A stretch of 64,000 nt of DNA, from IMG/VR virus record IMGVR_UViG_3300031521_001337, positions 124,001-188,000 of that record; one strand, given 5' to 3'. The position numbers and the translations under genes are program-made. The notes under the pieces were generated by a model, which did not search any database, had not been told where the DNA came from, and was given only the letters and a program-made list of their open reading frames with translations. Shown here piece after piece: positions 23,170 to 37,762 of the stretch. Positions within the stretch are counted from its first letter, which is position 1. Each line of letters begins with the position of its first letter.

Positions 23170-26100
23170 TTAAAATTTACAATTGTATTGGTTATTATCA
23201 TTTAATCCACTTAATACTAGATTTTTGATTAATGAATTGTTTTTATTAAGTTGAACATTTTTATCAGGACCTAATTCAAATAATGAACTTAGGGCACTAG
23301 TTATATTTAATCCGTCCATCTTTAACACTCCATTTTCAACATCTAAATCATCATAATTTTGATCAATAAATCCATTTATTATTTTGCTTACTACAGCTTT
23401 ACTTTTTTCAACATCTTTTGCTTTGTCAAACAAATTACCAAGTGGAACTCCAAATGTATTACCTTCAAAATCAAATGATATGTGATTTGGTATTTCTACT
23501 CCAACTAATGTTGGTTCAGTTTTTACATTATTAGTATTTACTTCGTTTCCACCAATCTTACTTAATATTTTATCCATATTTAACATAATTTGATTAGGTT
23601 CAACAGGATATTGCATTTCATAATTATTATTAGTAGATACTGGTAATTTACCTTCAAATTCACCACTAACAGCAGGAGAATCAATAATAGTATTGTAATA
23701 GATAGGTTTGTCATAAGTTTGAACAAAACTATTAAATCTAGTTACAGTATCTTCGTATTGAGATTTACCTTCTGTCATTATATTATGTATAACATATAAA
23801 GGATTTGGAATTTTAACAGGTATAACATCTCTAAATCTATTTCCGATTATGGATTTTAATTTAGGATTTTCTAATAAATCATCAAAAGTTTTTTGAGTTG
23901 ATGCATCATTGTTTATAAATCGCCCTAAATCCATTAAAGTTTCTACAATATGAAATGATTCTAAATCATTCTTAGATAAATAATTTTTCCAAGAAATATG
24001 ATTAACCATATCATCAATAATAGTATCAATGTTTTTACCAGCAACTTGTTCAGATTTTAAGAAATCATAGAATACTTTCCATCCAGTATATTTAGACATT
24101 AATGCTAATTTTTTATATTTAGCATCTACATCTGTTTCATGGTCAGCAAGATGTTCTTGATTTTTTAATTTCTTATCAGCTTTAAGTTCTGTATCAGCTG
24201 TAGTTATTTGTGTTCAAGCTTCACTTAAAGTTCTACTTTTAGCATTTAATACAACTAATTTAGAATATTTAATATTTCCTTTAACATATTCAATAGTAAC
24301 ATAAGGTCTATAAGCATATCGGTTGTAATATTCTTCCGAGTTTCTTAATGTGAATTCATCATTAGTTTCATTCTTACCTTGAGTATTATAAGGAGTTTGT
24401 CTGTATTCTTCCATTGTTTTTTTAATATATTTAAGATAATCTCCATTTTGTAATACACCATGTGCATCATATTTTGGACCTCTAAATACTTTAATCTCAC
24501 TAATGAAAGCTCCTGGAAATTTAGCTTTTAAATCTTTTACAGTTATAGCAGAATCCTTTTTAAAGGCATCTTTTTGAGCATCATTCATAGTTGGAACTTG
24601 AACTCCCATATATGTTTTAATATCAGCACTATCAACTGTAATATCTCCTTTACTTGCTAAATCATATAACTTAGAAAGTTTTTCGAAATCAACATTAGCT
24701 TTAACAGCAGGATTTGAAATATCAGGCAATGCTGAAAGAGTTATAAAATGATTTGCACCACCAATTTCAACATTCATTCCAAGAACATAAATATCTTTAC
24801 CTTTTAAAGCATTACTATTTACTAGTTTACCATAAGGATCAGTATACTCTCCACTTTTAAGTTTTCTTATTACTAAATCTTTTTGTTTAGTATCATTATT
24901 AAATAATCTAAAATCATCAGGTCTAGTATAAATTGTGTTATCAATTGTAGAAAATAATACTAAATTTTTCCATTTAATATAATCGCCAACAACATCTCTA
25001 ACACTTTGATCAGATATATTTACTAATCTAAGAATTGAACCTAAATCAGTTCCAGTACTATTCTTTATTAAGTCATCAATATCAATATCAGATCCAATTA
25101 TTTTATCTAAGTTATTAGAAATATCATGAATTCCAATATTATTAAAGAATGAATATCCTAATATATTACTAGGATCTTTAGTTTGAACAGTAGTAGAAAT
25201 TGGAGTAATTATTTCAGGGTCTGAAGTTTCTTTCCAATCGGTATTAAATTTCTCATTTACAACTTTAACATCTTTATGTTTTATAGGATCAGATTGTTTA
25301 TAATCCTTTGTCATATCTGATAATTCATCAATTCTCTTAGTTAAGAAATCTTTAGCTCTATCGTTATCAAATACTTTTTCTTCTGTACTTAATGACATTT
25401 CTGTTTTAATTCCAAAATTATCTAATAGAGTTTTAGAACCAACAATTAAAGTTCCAATTTTAGATCTAGTAACAAGAGTATATAAACTACGTATAGTATC
25501 AAAATCAGAATCAGATATTTTAATTGGATCAAGAATTACTACTTGATCAAATTCTTCACCTTGTACATTTTTAGAATAAACTTTAATGTCAGCAGATTGA
25601 ATACCTAAAGTACTTGTAATTAAAGATTGTGTTGAATCAGATAATTTACCACTATCAGTTAAGAACACAATTTCTTTAGAAGTATCTAATTTTAAAAGAT
25701 CAGCTTTTGTAAGATTATCTACAAACTTATCTCCATTTAAAAATGTTTTATCATAATAAACTAAAGTAGGTCTATATTTAATAGGTTCTTTCAAATATGA
25801 ATCTCTATAAATAGCATCTGTAAAATTCTCCATAAGAATACAATTATCATTATGGTGTACATTCTTAGATCTAATTGTACTTTTAAGTTTAATAGATCTA
25901 GGAGTAGATATATTCTGTGTAGAAAATGATGTAGTACCAATTTTACTTCCATTTTGTAAATTATCACCCATTGCAATAACATAGTAGTTATTGTTTTTAG
26001 CTAGATAATTAAACATTTGCCATTCAAGTGTAGATAATTGACTCATCTCATCAATCATTACAATTTTAGAACCTTCAATATTATGACCTAAGAATACAGA

Positions 26101-29100
26101 ATCTAACCATTTTTCATTTATAGCAACTGCACCATCTCCTTCACCTTTTATAAAAATCTCAGGATTTAAATCATCATATTTATCTTGTTCTATTAAATTT
26201 AATTGTTCCATGTATTCATCATACTTAGAACCAATCATTGTTTTAATGTAGTCTTTAATTAAGTCTTCTTTTATTTCAACAGATACCTGATTCTTTAAAT
26301 TCTCTTTTAATCCAGTAAGTGTTTTAGGTGTTGGTGCTAAAGCATGAATAGAAATATTTTCACTCGGAACTTTAGAATCAATTATCATTCTTAAAGGAAA
26401 GTTTCCTAAAATTGTAGTTTTACCTGTTCCAGCAGAGCCAAGAACATTAAATACATATCCAATAGAGAAACTTCTAGATTGATCAATAGCTTGTTTATAG
26501 GCTTCTTTTTCAGTAATTGTAGTACCTGCATCTTTTGCATCAGCAAGTATAGAATTCTTTAAAGTATAAATACTAGGTTGTACAAACTCTATAGAATGAG
26601 CCATTATATCTTTTCCTAATCTACCATTAAAATAAGCTTGTTCTTGTCTTTGTACAAATTGTTGTACAAAAAATGGAGCTTTTACTTCCGACAAAGATAC
26701 TTCATTTTCTAGTAACTTTTTATAGTTTAGATAAAAATCTTTACTACTAAGAGCCAGTACAGAATGTAAATAAAAATATCAATCTTTTTTCTCAAGTTGA
26801 GTCAAATCCTTTGTCAGATTAGAATCCTTACCATCAATAATTGACTTGATAATATTTTCAGAATTATCATTGCCTTTAAACGGAGCAAAAACTTCATCTA
26901 ATTTGTCTGTCAAGTTTCCTTCAGCATTATGAAAATTAGTATAAATTCTATGTTCAAATTCAGCAAGTTTACTTTCAGCTAAAACTATTTTATTAATAGC
27001 ATCAAGATCATTTTGATTTATTAAAGTTCTTCCATTCACAGTTAGTTTACCTGCTGAAATTTCAGAACCATCAGTCATTCTTTTTAAAATAGAACTAACT
27101 AATGCTGTTTTGATTAAATTATGTTCTTCAATTAAAGATCCAGAGTTTCTTTCTGCAAGAGTTTTAAAATAGTTTAATTTATCTGAAATGAAAGTTAAAT
27201 CATCATTTATGATCTTAGCTGACGTACTATCAACCAATCCAAATTTTCCACTAACTTCTTCGAACTTTTCAGCAGCCATATTTAATGAAACATTATAACC
27301 ATACAAATCACCACCTAATCCTACTTCTGTAGAAGTCATTGCTGAAATTACAGAACGTACAGCAGTTATTGTAGATAAAGCTTTATTTAATTGATCAATT
27401 TGAACATTATTTCTAATAAATTGAGACGGTGCTACAATATTATCAAATAAATCATAATTATCTCTTAATAGTTTAAAGAATGAAATAGGACCTGTTTTAC
27501 CTCATAGATTTATCTGAAACTCATTCAACTTGTCCAAAAACGTATTCATTTTACGTTTATTGTATTTAAGAATTTCATGAATGTTTAAATAGTCTTTATA
27601 TCCACGATCAATTAAAGCTTTACCTAATTCTGAATTTTCATCGAATTCAAAATTATCTAAATCAGGAATTAATGCAGAAAGAGAACTATTTTGAATATTT
27701 ACTCTAATTTCATTAGCAGCATCTGTTAATTCTTTAACCGCTTCATTATCTAAATCTTCACCTCTAGCAATTACATTATTAGCATATTTAATTAATAAAG
27801 ATCTACGTGGTGAAATCTTATCATTGCCTTTTGTAAAAGTATAATAATCATCATCAGAATGTAGCGCTTCATTATAAACTTCTTCTAATTTAGGATCTGA
27901 ATTTCCTTGATTGATAGATATTTGATCCATTTTACTTTTAACAGTAGAATTGAATACATCTTGAATTTCAGTAAGTGTTACATCAGTTCCTTTATTTTGA
28001 ACATAAGTATCTAATGCTGTAACAATATCATGAGTAACTTCATCAGTATCTTTGTCAAATCAGTCTGCTAAAATTTGGTCAGCATCAGAAAAACTAATAA
28101 TTCCATCTTCATTAGTAACACTAGATAATTCATCTAATACTTTATTAGCTTCAACTAATAATTTAGATTTTATTAAATCTTTATTAACAGCTTTCTTTTC
28201 ATATCCATTAACGTGGATTGTTCCAATGTTCCCAATAGTTGTAATTTCACTATCTTTGGCTAAATGTTGCATTAGAACATCTTCTGTAGCTAAATCCGCA
28301 GATTGAGAAATTGTTTCTTTCTCACCCATGATTTGTTTTACTCGTCCATTTTTACTTCCGTTATAAGCATCAAATGCTTTTTGTATAATACCGTAATCTA
28401 ACTCTGTAGACGGAAGACCTAATGAATTTACAATAGCAAATAAATGTTCTTTATCTCCAGTACTTAAAGTATTAATATCCCTCTTTTGATTTAATTCTAC
28501 ATCAGCATTATTAATATCAGTATTAATTTCTTCTTGAAGTGGAGCAATTTTTTCATTTATTGTATTAATTTCATCTGGTTCTGTAACAGTAGATAATTGT
28601 TCTTCTAACTTATTTAATTCTTCAAGTTTAGGATTGATTAAAGCATCACGTCTGTTAATTATTTCAACTTTTTGTTCTTCTGGTAAACCAATTTGAATTA
28701 AATTCATATCGTTTAAGAAATGAGCAACATCAATATCAGTATCAGATGTAAGACTTGCAGTTCTAAAACCATTCTTATCTAATTCAGTATTTAATTGTTG
28801 TAATCATTGTCAGTTAGTATAAGCGTCAGTTAAACTTAAACCTTTACCTTTATTTCTAAAGTTAGCTAAGAATGAACTTCTAGTATTAGCATATCCATCA
28901 GCATTAAACTCTGCAATTGAATGTGAGAACTCTTCATTAATTTCCAAAAATCTATCAAACATTGATTTCATTTTGTTTTTAAAATCACCTTTACTTTCAT
29001 CAAATATATTATCAAATTCTGCTTTATAAGTTTTCTTTTCAGATTCACTAAGTGAATAGAAATCTTTATCATATTTATCTTTAACATAATCGTCAACAGA

Positions 29101-31617
29101 TAAAGAAATAAATGGTGCGTGTAAATTTTTATTTAATGTAAATAGTGATAACTTATGATAGTATTCAGCCTTTTCACCTTTTAATAATTCTTCAACTAAC
29201 TTTCTTTTTTCATTAAGTTTAGATTGAATATCACCTTTACCTACTTCATTTTTATTTACACTTTTATCATCTTTTTCAGTTTGTACATTTTCTAATTGAG
29301 TAGTAAGATCTACAATATCTCCAATTAATTGAGTAAAATCTGATTTTACAAAAGAATCAGTTCCGTTTTTCTTTAAATCAGCAATTCTAATATCATCAAC
29401 AATTGCTTTTCTAATAACAGATTCATCATCTTCTTTTATGTTTTCAAGATTTAAAATTCTATCAGCATTTTGAATATATGCTTTAGTAGCATTAGCAATA
29501 ACATCAGCTTGACTCATTCCACTATCACCATCTTTAGCTAGATAAATTTGTTTACCATCTACATTAGTTGTAACTGGAGATAAATCAGTACTTCCAAATC
29601 TACTTTTTTGTTTATCAATTTCTTTATATAAATCTTCTGCTTGACCATTAGCTACAAGTTGAAGTACATTATATTTTGTTTCTTGTTCAATACCGTGTCC
29701 AGATAAAATAGGTGATATAACTGAATGTTCTAATTCAAACATAGGTCCTCCAACCATACCTCCAACTAAGTTAGATACATAACGTTCAAATCCTGATTTA
29801 CTAAATACATTATCAAATCCTCCAAATGAACCTTGTTTCTTAGTAAATCCACAAGCACTCATAATATCAACAATACCTTTAGCTGCATCAGAAGCAAGTT
29901 CTTCTGAAACTTCTTCAATACCTTCAATCATTGATACTTTAAATAATTTTTCAGCTAATTGACTTTCTCCAATAGGTTGTGTAATTAAATTTTGAAATCC
30001 TTGTTTAGCTTTTGAAAATACATTCCCCAATGCTTTTTTACCAGCAATTTTATCTGTTGCAAGTAAATTAACAGCTTCTTGTGTTTCACCCATTAATTCA
30101 CGAGTAACACTTCTAATTCCAGCTTTATTAACTTCTTCAGTATAACCTGTAGATTTATCTAAAAACCAGTGACCTAAATTATTATTCTTCATTAAAGCAT
30201 ATTGACCTGATGCGGCTAATAATGCAGCAAAACCTGCTGTTCTATTATCATATCCTCCAGCTTTAGCATCACCATAAACATCAGCAGATTGCGTCATAGC
30301 CATGTAACCTAAGTTTAATGTTTCAGCTAATTGTGATCGTTTATGATTTATAGATTCAAGTGTTCCAATTTTATCGTAGGCAACTTGAGCAAGACGTTCG
30401 TAGTTTTCTTTACTTCTAGTTATACCTTTTACAGCATCACCAATAGCAACATCTTGAAGAATATCTTCAGTTTGATTAGCTAATTTTGCTAAATATTCAG
30501 TCTCATGTGACTTATAAAATAAATTAGACAAACTACCAGCAGCACGTTGTTCATAGATTTGTGAAAAAGTATCTGCAACCATACTTCCCATTTGTTCATA
30601 ATTCCACATAGATTGTGAACCCGCATCTGAAATACTTCTAACATCATATTTAGAAAGATATCCTTGTGCAGTATTCATTGCTTTCCATAGTGATGTTTCA
30701 TTACCTTTTTCAGTATCACCTGTAAATAATGCTTCTGCGGCTTTATAAAAAGTTGGAAGTACAGTAGCTAAACCTAATGCCATTTTCATTCCACCATAAT
30801 ATACATTAACTCCAGGAATTAAATAAGGTGCAACTTGTGTAGCAAGTTTCATAGTAGTCCCAAATACAGATTTATCTTTACCATCAGAATCAAAGAAATC
30901 TACTTTATTTAATTTAGAACCATCAACAGTAATTAAATCCATAGGATTTACTATTTGTTTACCATATACTTCACGTTTACCAAGTGTTTCAATATAAAGA
31001 TTTCCATCTTTATCATATTTCCAATCACCTTTTTTATGATTTACATGTCTTTTTGTCATAGGATCTATATCAGCACCATCTTCATCCCACTGAGCATAAA
31101 CCATTGTAGGTCCCACTAAAGAACCCATTAAACCCATGTCATTAGCTGATTTATCTAATCATTGTTTAGATTCAGAATCATATACTTTTGATTGTTGAGC
31201 TAATTCTCTTAAAGATAAATCAGATACATCAATACTATTTATTCCAGTTTTACTATATAATTGTTTAAACGGATTATAATCCTTAGTTATAACTGGAGCT
31301 ACATCTGCACGTAATGCTCCTTTTGGAGCAGTAAAATCTGTTGGATCATATTCTAACGCTTTAGCTAAAGCTTTATCATTTCCTAGGTCATTATACAACG
31401 ACGCAGCTTTTTGATAAGCTGCGTTGAAGGTTTTGTCATCGAATTTACCAGATGCATCTTTAAACATCGATTGAACTTTATCTAATTTTTTATAATCGTC
31501 CATAGGTAATAGTTGAGTATTACTTGGAACAACATTAGAACTAGCTAAATCGAATAAATTTAAATCTGGTTTCTGCACTAATGCAGAAAATATATCATTT
31601 GGTTTTGTAATTTCCAT
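23170..31617 (-). CDS. Giant virion-associated protein A with SF1 (RecD/Dda-like) helicase domain (2815 aa with TGA=Trp)
   Basis: Seven fragments in frame; GSAGTGKTT (26413-26439), MIDEMSQ, GDNLQ, QGEEFDQV, LYTLVTRSK. Ends QYNCKF-TAA. Confidence 0.85.
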
Positions 31618-31625
31618 ATTATTGT

Positions 31626-33479
31626 TTATTTACTATTGAAAAAACTGAAATCAGCTTTAACTTGTGGAGTTTCATATTTTTGCAGATCTACTCTAGCATC
31701 TGTTAAGTTTTGTTGTTTATTCTGCATATGACCTGCAATTGAAGCAGCATATATAGAAGCATCTCGTTTATATGGAACTGCAATCATTCCTTTATAATAA
31801 GTGGTTGTCATATCAGTTCAACCAGTAGGAGCCTTAACTTTATTATCTTTTCATACTGTTTTTAAAGCATCTGATACAGTATCTTGTTCTTTACTGTCCA
31901 AGGCTTTAACTTCAGAATTATTATCTGCTTCAGAAGCACCTTCAGCAGTATAACCATACATTATTAAGAATGGTTTTATATTATTGTTTTCTCGTACTAC
32001 AAAATCATTACCAACTTGAACATATCCAAATCCATGACGTTTGTAATAATCATTGATTATAGCAGGAGACCAATCATTTTTATGTTTTTCAATTTCTGAT
32101 TGAACTTCATTAAATTGTTTAAGTGCATTATAATTAACAGTACCATCATTATTAGACGGCATATATACTTTAGCAGCAGTTCCACCATCATAAATAATAT
32201 CATTAGCGCCTTTCATTCCAATAATTTTATCACCAAATGTAGCCTTACTCATATCAACAAGAGAACCATTTTTAGAATTCATTATATTTTTAAATGTAGT
32301 CATACCTAATGGAGTTCCATCTTCTGTAGCTAATCTTGCAGCACCTGTAACATGTAATATCATTTTCTTATTAGTTGTAATATCATTTCATTGCATTGGA
32401 GCTGAACCAGTTTTGCCATTATGTAATAATTCAAAAGGTGATACATTAGCTAATCCTTTTGCCGCGGCTGAAGCTTCTTCTGTAGCTCCTGGTAATTTCT
32501 CTGGAGAAATCGCAGAAGATGTTTTAGCAGTTGTATTAGTAATCAACATATCTAATATAAAATCTCTTGGATCTTTACCACCATTAACTATAGCAGTTGC
32601 TTTTAGTTTTTGTTGAGCATGAACATCCATTGTTTTTCATAAATAGTCTAAAGCTTTATCAATATGATTTCTTTCTGAACTATTTTCTGTAATAACTTTA
32701 TAATGATCTCCAGGAGTGTTAATTATTTGATTTAAACTTTCTAAAGCAGATTGTTGTTCTTTTGTTGGACCTTTTACTGATACTTGTGATTTTAAAATAT
32801 CATACTGTCCTTTAACTTGATCTTTAGAATAAAAATTTTCATTATGAGTATCTTCTGTTCCTAAAGAAGCAATTAAATCTTTAAGATTAGTTTTTATTTT
32901 ATCTAACCCAATAGCATTATTTGCAACATCAAATATTGAATTTTGTCCTGATAATTTAGGATTATATTGTCTTTCATTTAATAACTCTGCAACAGATAAT
33001 AGTTTATATTGATCTTTGTGTTTATCGTATTCGTTAACGTTAATTGCACTAACATTTCCTTTAGCATCTTTACCATAAACCATATCATTATTTACAGCAA
33101 CTTCACCATAACCTCCTGCAGCAGTAGCTGTTTTAGCAGCTTCATCTCAAGCAGATTTACTTTGTTTAAGTTCATTAATTTTACCAACTAATCTTAATGA
33201 CATTGCTCTATTATTACTTTGAGCATATGGATACATACTTCCCGAATTAGTTGATTCAATTTTAGCTAATTCAGAAACAAATCCGTTAACATCATTTACT
33301 AAACCTTTACCCATTAAATCTTTAAATACATCATCATCTAACATAGATGAAATAGTATGTTTACTTTCTTTAGATGAACTAGATGATGAAGAAGTTGCTT
33401 GTACAGGTTGTTGTTCAATGATGGGGGTGAATGTTGCAAACCCACCCCCTTGTTGAAATTTATTTATATTATATTTCAT
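31626..33479 (-). CDS. Putative virion cargo protein (617 aa with TGA=Trp)
   Basis: Fragments 33147, 32637, 32388, 31851 and 31626 are in frame; N-terminal KFQQGG motif. Confidence 0.8.
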
Positions 33480-36400
33480 TATTTTGCATTTACTTTCTTA
33501 TTGTTTGATGCTATTGTCTCATAAAATAATTTATCTGAATCTAAAGCATTTGTTTCAGTTTGACTCAAATCTATATTATGTTTATCCACAGGATTATTAA
33601 CACTATGAATTACTTTATAAAATTGTTTTCTGTCTGCTTCTACTTTTTTAGCTATTTGTCCACCTTTCTTTAAAGATTGTCCGTACATCATAGCCATTTG
33701 AATATTTTTTAAACGTTCATTAAATGGTTTAATTTGAGATTCTTTAGCTTTAAGAGCAGTTTGTCATTTAGCATAATCAGATGATTTTTCCCAATCAATA
33801 GGAGTTATTCCAGGAGTTTTCATTTGAGTATCATAATTCTTTCTAAATGAATTATTAGTTTCATCAGCTAATGTATTATACTCTTCACCTAATTGTTTAT
33901 ATTTAGGATCTTGTAAAATATTAAACATTCCAGTTTGACCTTCACGTTGTTTTTTCATTATATCGTTTTTCTGATTAGCTAATAATAGAACATTAAGAGC
34001 TGTATTCTGAGCTGAACTTTGAAGCGCATTTATTCCGTGGATTTTTCCAAATGCGTTAGCGGCTAAACCTCTATTCTTACCAAGAACTTCAGTATTATAT
34101 TTAGCGGTATTAGCGTTCATTTGTAATTGTTGTCCACGCATTTGATCAAGTCTTTGAGTATCTGCCATTTGAGCTTTATCTTTTAAAATATTACCTTGAT
34201 TAATTCCAGATAATCTAACACTAAATCCTTTATCAATGTCAGCAGTTGAAGCAGCCATTCTAGCAGTTTTACTGTTAACAGCAGCAGCTTGTTTGTCAGC
34301 TTCTAAAGTATGTGGTCTATCAGCTCTAATATAAGTATTTGACATATAAGGTAATGTGTACATACTATCTGCAACACCTTTCCTTTGAGCATTTCCAATA
34401 TCTTTATTAGTTCTAACTGTATTTAAATACATTGCTGTATTTAATAAATCAACTTTATTAAGTTTAGGAAATTTAATTCCTTCACTTTGTTTATTAACTG
34501 TTGTTCCAGATTGTGTAGTTGGTGTAGTTGTGTTTCCAAATAAATTAGTTGGAAGTTTTACTGCGGCAACATCAAATCCTTTATTTTTAGGTTCTAATCT
34601 TGTAGCAGATTCATTAAATTTATTAGTCATATAATTATGATATGGACCATATTTATTATCAGTAGCTAATCCTTTAACTTGTGCTAAATCTTTTACTGAT
34701 ACATTACTTCCAGCAGATTGAATAAATTTATTTAAATCTTCTTTATTTCTAGCTAACCAATTTTCATCAAGACCATTAACAAAATTAGTGTATTCAGGAG
34801 TATACCCTCCATCTTTAGTTTGCCATGTAGATACATCTTTTAAATCACTATAAGGTAAATAATTACCTGAACCTGGATGTTTATATGTAGTATTAGCTGT
34901 TGGTGCAACTGTAACTTTAGGTGCAATAGTACCAACTAATTTAGTAGGAACAATTGGTTTATTAATAACAGGTGCAGATATAATAGGTTGTTTTGTAGAA
35001 TCAGGCAATGTCATAGATTGACCTTTATTATTAGTAAATGTATGACCAGAAGCTCCGATTGTTTCATTAGTAAATCCAGCCTTTCTAAGTTTACCTTCTT
35101 TTAAAGCTTTATCTAATACAGAAAAATCCATTTTAAATGCTCCACCTTGTTGGAATTGTATAACTCCACCTTCTTTATGTTCTACCATATTTTTATTATA
35201 TTTGTTTCAGGCTTTGTTTAAACTTATTTTTCTTTTATAATCAGTGGCTTTATTAGCTCTATCTAATCCAAGAATAGCTTTTACTTTAGGATCTTTAAGT
35301 TTTTCTAAATTCTTTTGTTCACCTTGACGTAATTTACTAATAGCACTTTCTTGGAATTTCTTACCATATCAAGAACGTGGATCAGATTCTTCTTTTATAA
35401 CTCGTTCTGATTTAGCTTTGTTATCATTCATACCCGTAACCTTAGCTACTTTACCTTTAATACCTAACCAACCTTTATCAATTTTAGCAGCTTTTTTAGC
35501 TTCATCAAGAGTTTCTATTTCAGCTTTAAGTTTAGAAATAGCACCTTCATCAGGAGTTTCTTTTGCATTTAAAGCATCTAATACTGATTTTTTAGGTGCA
35601 ATTACTTTATCAAAATGTTCATTAATTGCAACTTCTGGATCAGTTCCTTTAGGAATTGTAATTTTAGATTCAACACCTTCTGGTACATTCTTTAATTTAA
35701 AGTCCGTACTAGCTTCTTGTGTTTGAATTTTAGTAGTTCCAGCGTGTACTTGTGCTAAATTATATAAACCTTTAACAGCTTGCACACCATGTACTAAACC
35801 TCTAGCATCTTGAATAGAAACATTTCCTAATCCACCTTCTTCTATATCTTGTGCAGTTTGTCTAGCAGCTGTTCCAGCATTTACTAAACCATAACCTAAA
35901 AATGCAGGTTTTGCTAATTTTGCAGCTTTTGATACTATTGATGATGCTGGTTTGAATGCTCCTTTTACTAAAGCTTTAGTTTCTGGAATTCCATATTTAG
36001 CAATTTTAGCAACTTTTTCAACTTCACTTAAACCCTCAGCTGATTTTACAATAGCTTTAGCTCTATTTAAATTTAATAATTCTTTACCTACTAATTCAAC
36101 ACCTTCTGCATCTTTAATTGCAGTTTTTGCAATTTTAAGAATATGTTCAGCCTTTTCAGCTTTAGTTGCAAGTTTAGCTATTTCAATACCTGTTTTAGCA
36201 CCTTTTAAACCAAGTTTAGCAGATGCTGCTCCTGGAATTAATGATAATGCTGTAAATCCTAAATTCAATGCAGCATTTCCAGCAGTTTCTCCAAATCCAT
36301 GTCCACGTAATATATCTGAACCTAATGTTGCAGCTGTTGATGTTAAACCTCCTGCAAGTCCGGCAGCGGTTCCACCTAAACTTACAACATCTCCACCTAA

Positions 36401-37387
36401 TGCAATAGCATCTAAATAATCTGCTGTAGATCCTTTTCCAGATAACATATCTCCAACTTTACCACTACCTGTAGCAGTTGGTTTTTCTTTTGGATGAAAA
36501 TAAGTTGTAGTTGTTTTACGAATATATGCTTGTGGTTTATGTGGTGTTGGTACTACTGGTGCAGTTTTTGCAGCAGTTGCTGCTGTTAAAGCAGCTGCAT
36601 CATCAGCAGCTTTCTTTTCTGCATCTAATTCAGTTTGTGTTTTTGGTGGAATCAAATAATCATTCATTTTCCAACCTAATGCATATGCTTTCTCAGTTAC
36701 TTTATCCCAATTAGGATTTGGTTCACTTAAAGCAAGTTTTAATGCCTGAGCATTATCGTAATCTTTATAATCGTAAGAATCTTTATTCTTAGTGTAATCA
36801 TTTAAATAATCATCAACTCCTTCTTTTGCCCAACCTAATACTCTAGCTTTTCTTTCATCATTAGTTTTGAAAGTATTTAAATGTGTAGCAAGTGCATTAA
36901 CATCATCATGATAATGTTTATTTGATACAATATTAGTTAAACCTTGTACTTCTTTTGAATACCCTGTTTGCGCTGTTGGAGTTGTAGTAGAATTTGTTGA
37001 CTCTATGTGTGTTCTTAGTGCATTCATTGCTGAACTAAGTGATTCTTTATCAGCATCATTACCTCTAATCTTAACACCTAATCCTAACATATCTTTACTA
37101 AGAGGTTCGTCATGACCTGTTCAGTTGAATTTCTTTAATTCTTCTGGAAGTTGAGATGTGTCAATACTATATGTTTGATCTGGATTAAATTTTAAAGCTT
37201 TATCCATAGCTCCACTTTTTACAAGAGCAGCTACTTGATCGTAAGCAGGCTTAGCTCTTCTAGCTTCTTTAGAAGACATCGAATACAAATTATCGTATAA
37301 TGCCTTTTCTACCTGAGAATAATCTTTTGGAGTATTATTTGGATCAGGAGCTTTACTTCCCGTTTGTAATTTTCTTACTAATGCCAT
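33479..37387 (-). CDS. Putative virion cargo/ejection protein with hydrophobic membrane-like segment (1302 aa with TGA=Trp)
   Basis: Fragments 37121, 35369, 33764 and 33479 are in frame; Gly/Ala-rich hydrophobic stretch at about 36200-36420; several xxGG motifs. Confidence 0.8.
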
Positions 37388-37413
37388 GTTTATAATTTTT
37401 TTAAATTAAACAA

Positions 37414-37449
37414 TAAAAGGGAAACAGGTTTTTTACTGCTTCCCTTTTA
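37414..37449 (-). terminator. Rho-independent terminator-like hairpin
   Basis: Minus strand AAAAGGGAAGCAG-TAAAAAAC-CTGTTTCCCTTTTA, directly after the 37458 stop. Confidence 0.7.
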
Positions 37450-37457
37450 AGGTAGGC

Positions 37458-37754
37458 TTATTTTCTGCCCACGAATACTAGTTTACCGCCTTTTCTTTGG
37501 TAAGTAGGTTGACCTTGTGCTTCTGGAGCTCCACCTTGTTCACCTTGTGCACCTTGAAGCATTTGCATGATCATTTGTGCTAACATAGCAGCTGCTTCTG
37601 GTCCTAATTGTTGAACAATTTGTTGTGCCATTTGAGCAACTTGTTCTTCTGCTCCACCACCTTGTTGTCCACCTTCTGCAGGTGCTGCTGCCGGAGCTGC
37701 ACCTTGTTCTGGAGCAGGAGCTGCTCCACCTTCTTGTAAAAATTTTACTTTCAT
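37458..37754 (-). CDS. Small Q/A/G/M-rich virion-associated protein
   Basis: 98 aa, low complexity; FLQEGG at the N-terminus and QRKGGKL at the C-terminus. Confidence 0.8.
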   Translation of the reverse strand: MKVKFLQEGGAAPAPEQGAAPAAAPAEGGQQGGGAEEQVAQMAQQIVQQLGPEAAAMLAQMIMQMLQGAQGEQGGAPEAQGQPTYQRKGGKLVFVGRK

Positions 37755-37762
37755 TTTAATTA

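Noticed and set aside
37458-37754. CRISPR-like or tandem DNA repeats
   Set aside because: The repetitiveness comes from low-complexity Gln/Ala/Gly coding; there is no regular repeat-spacer array.
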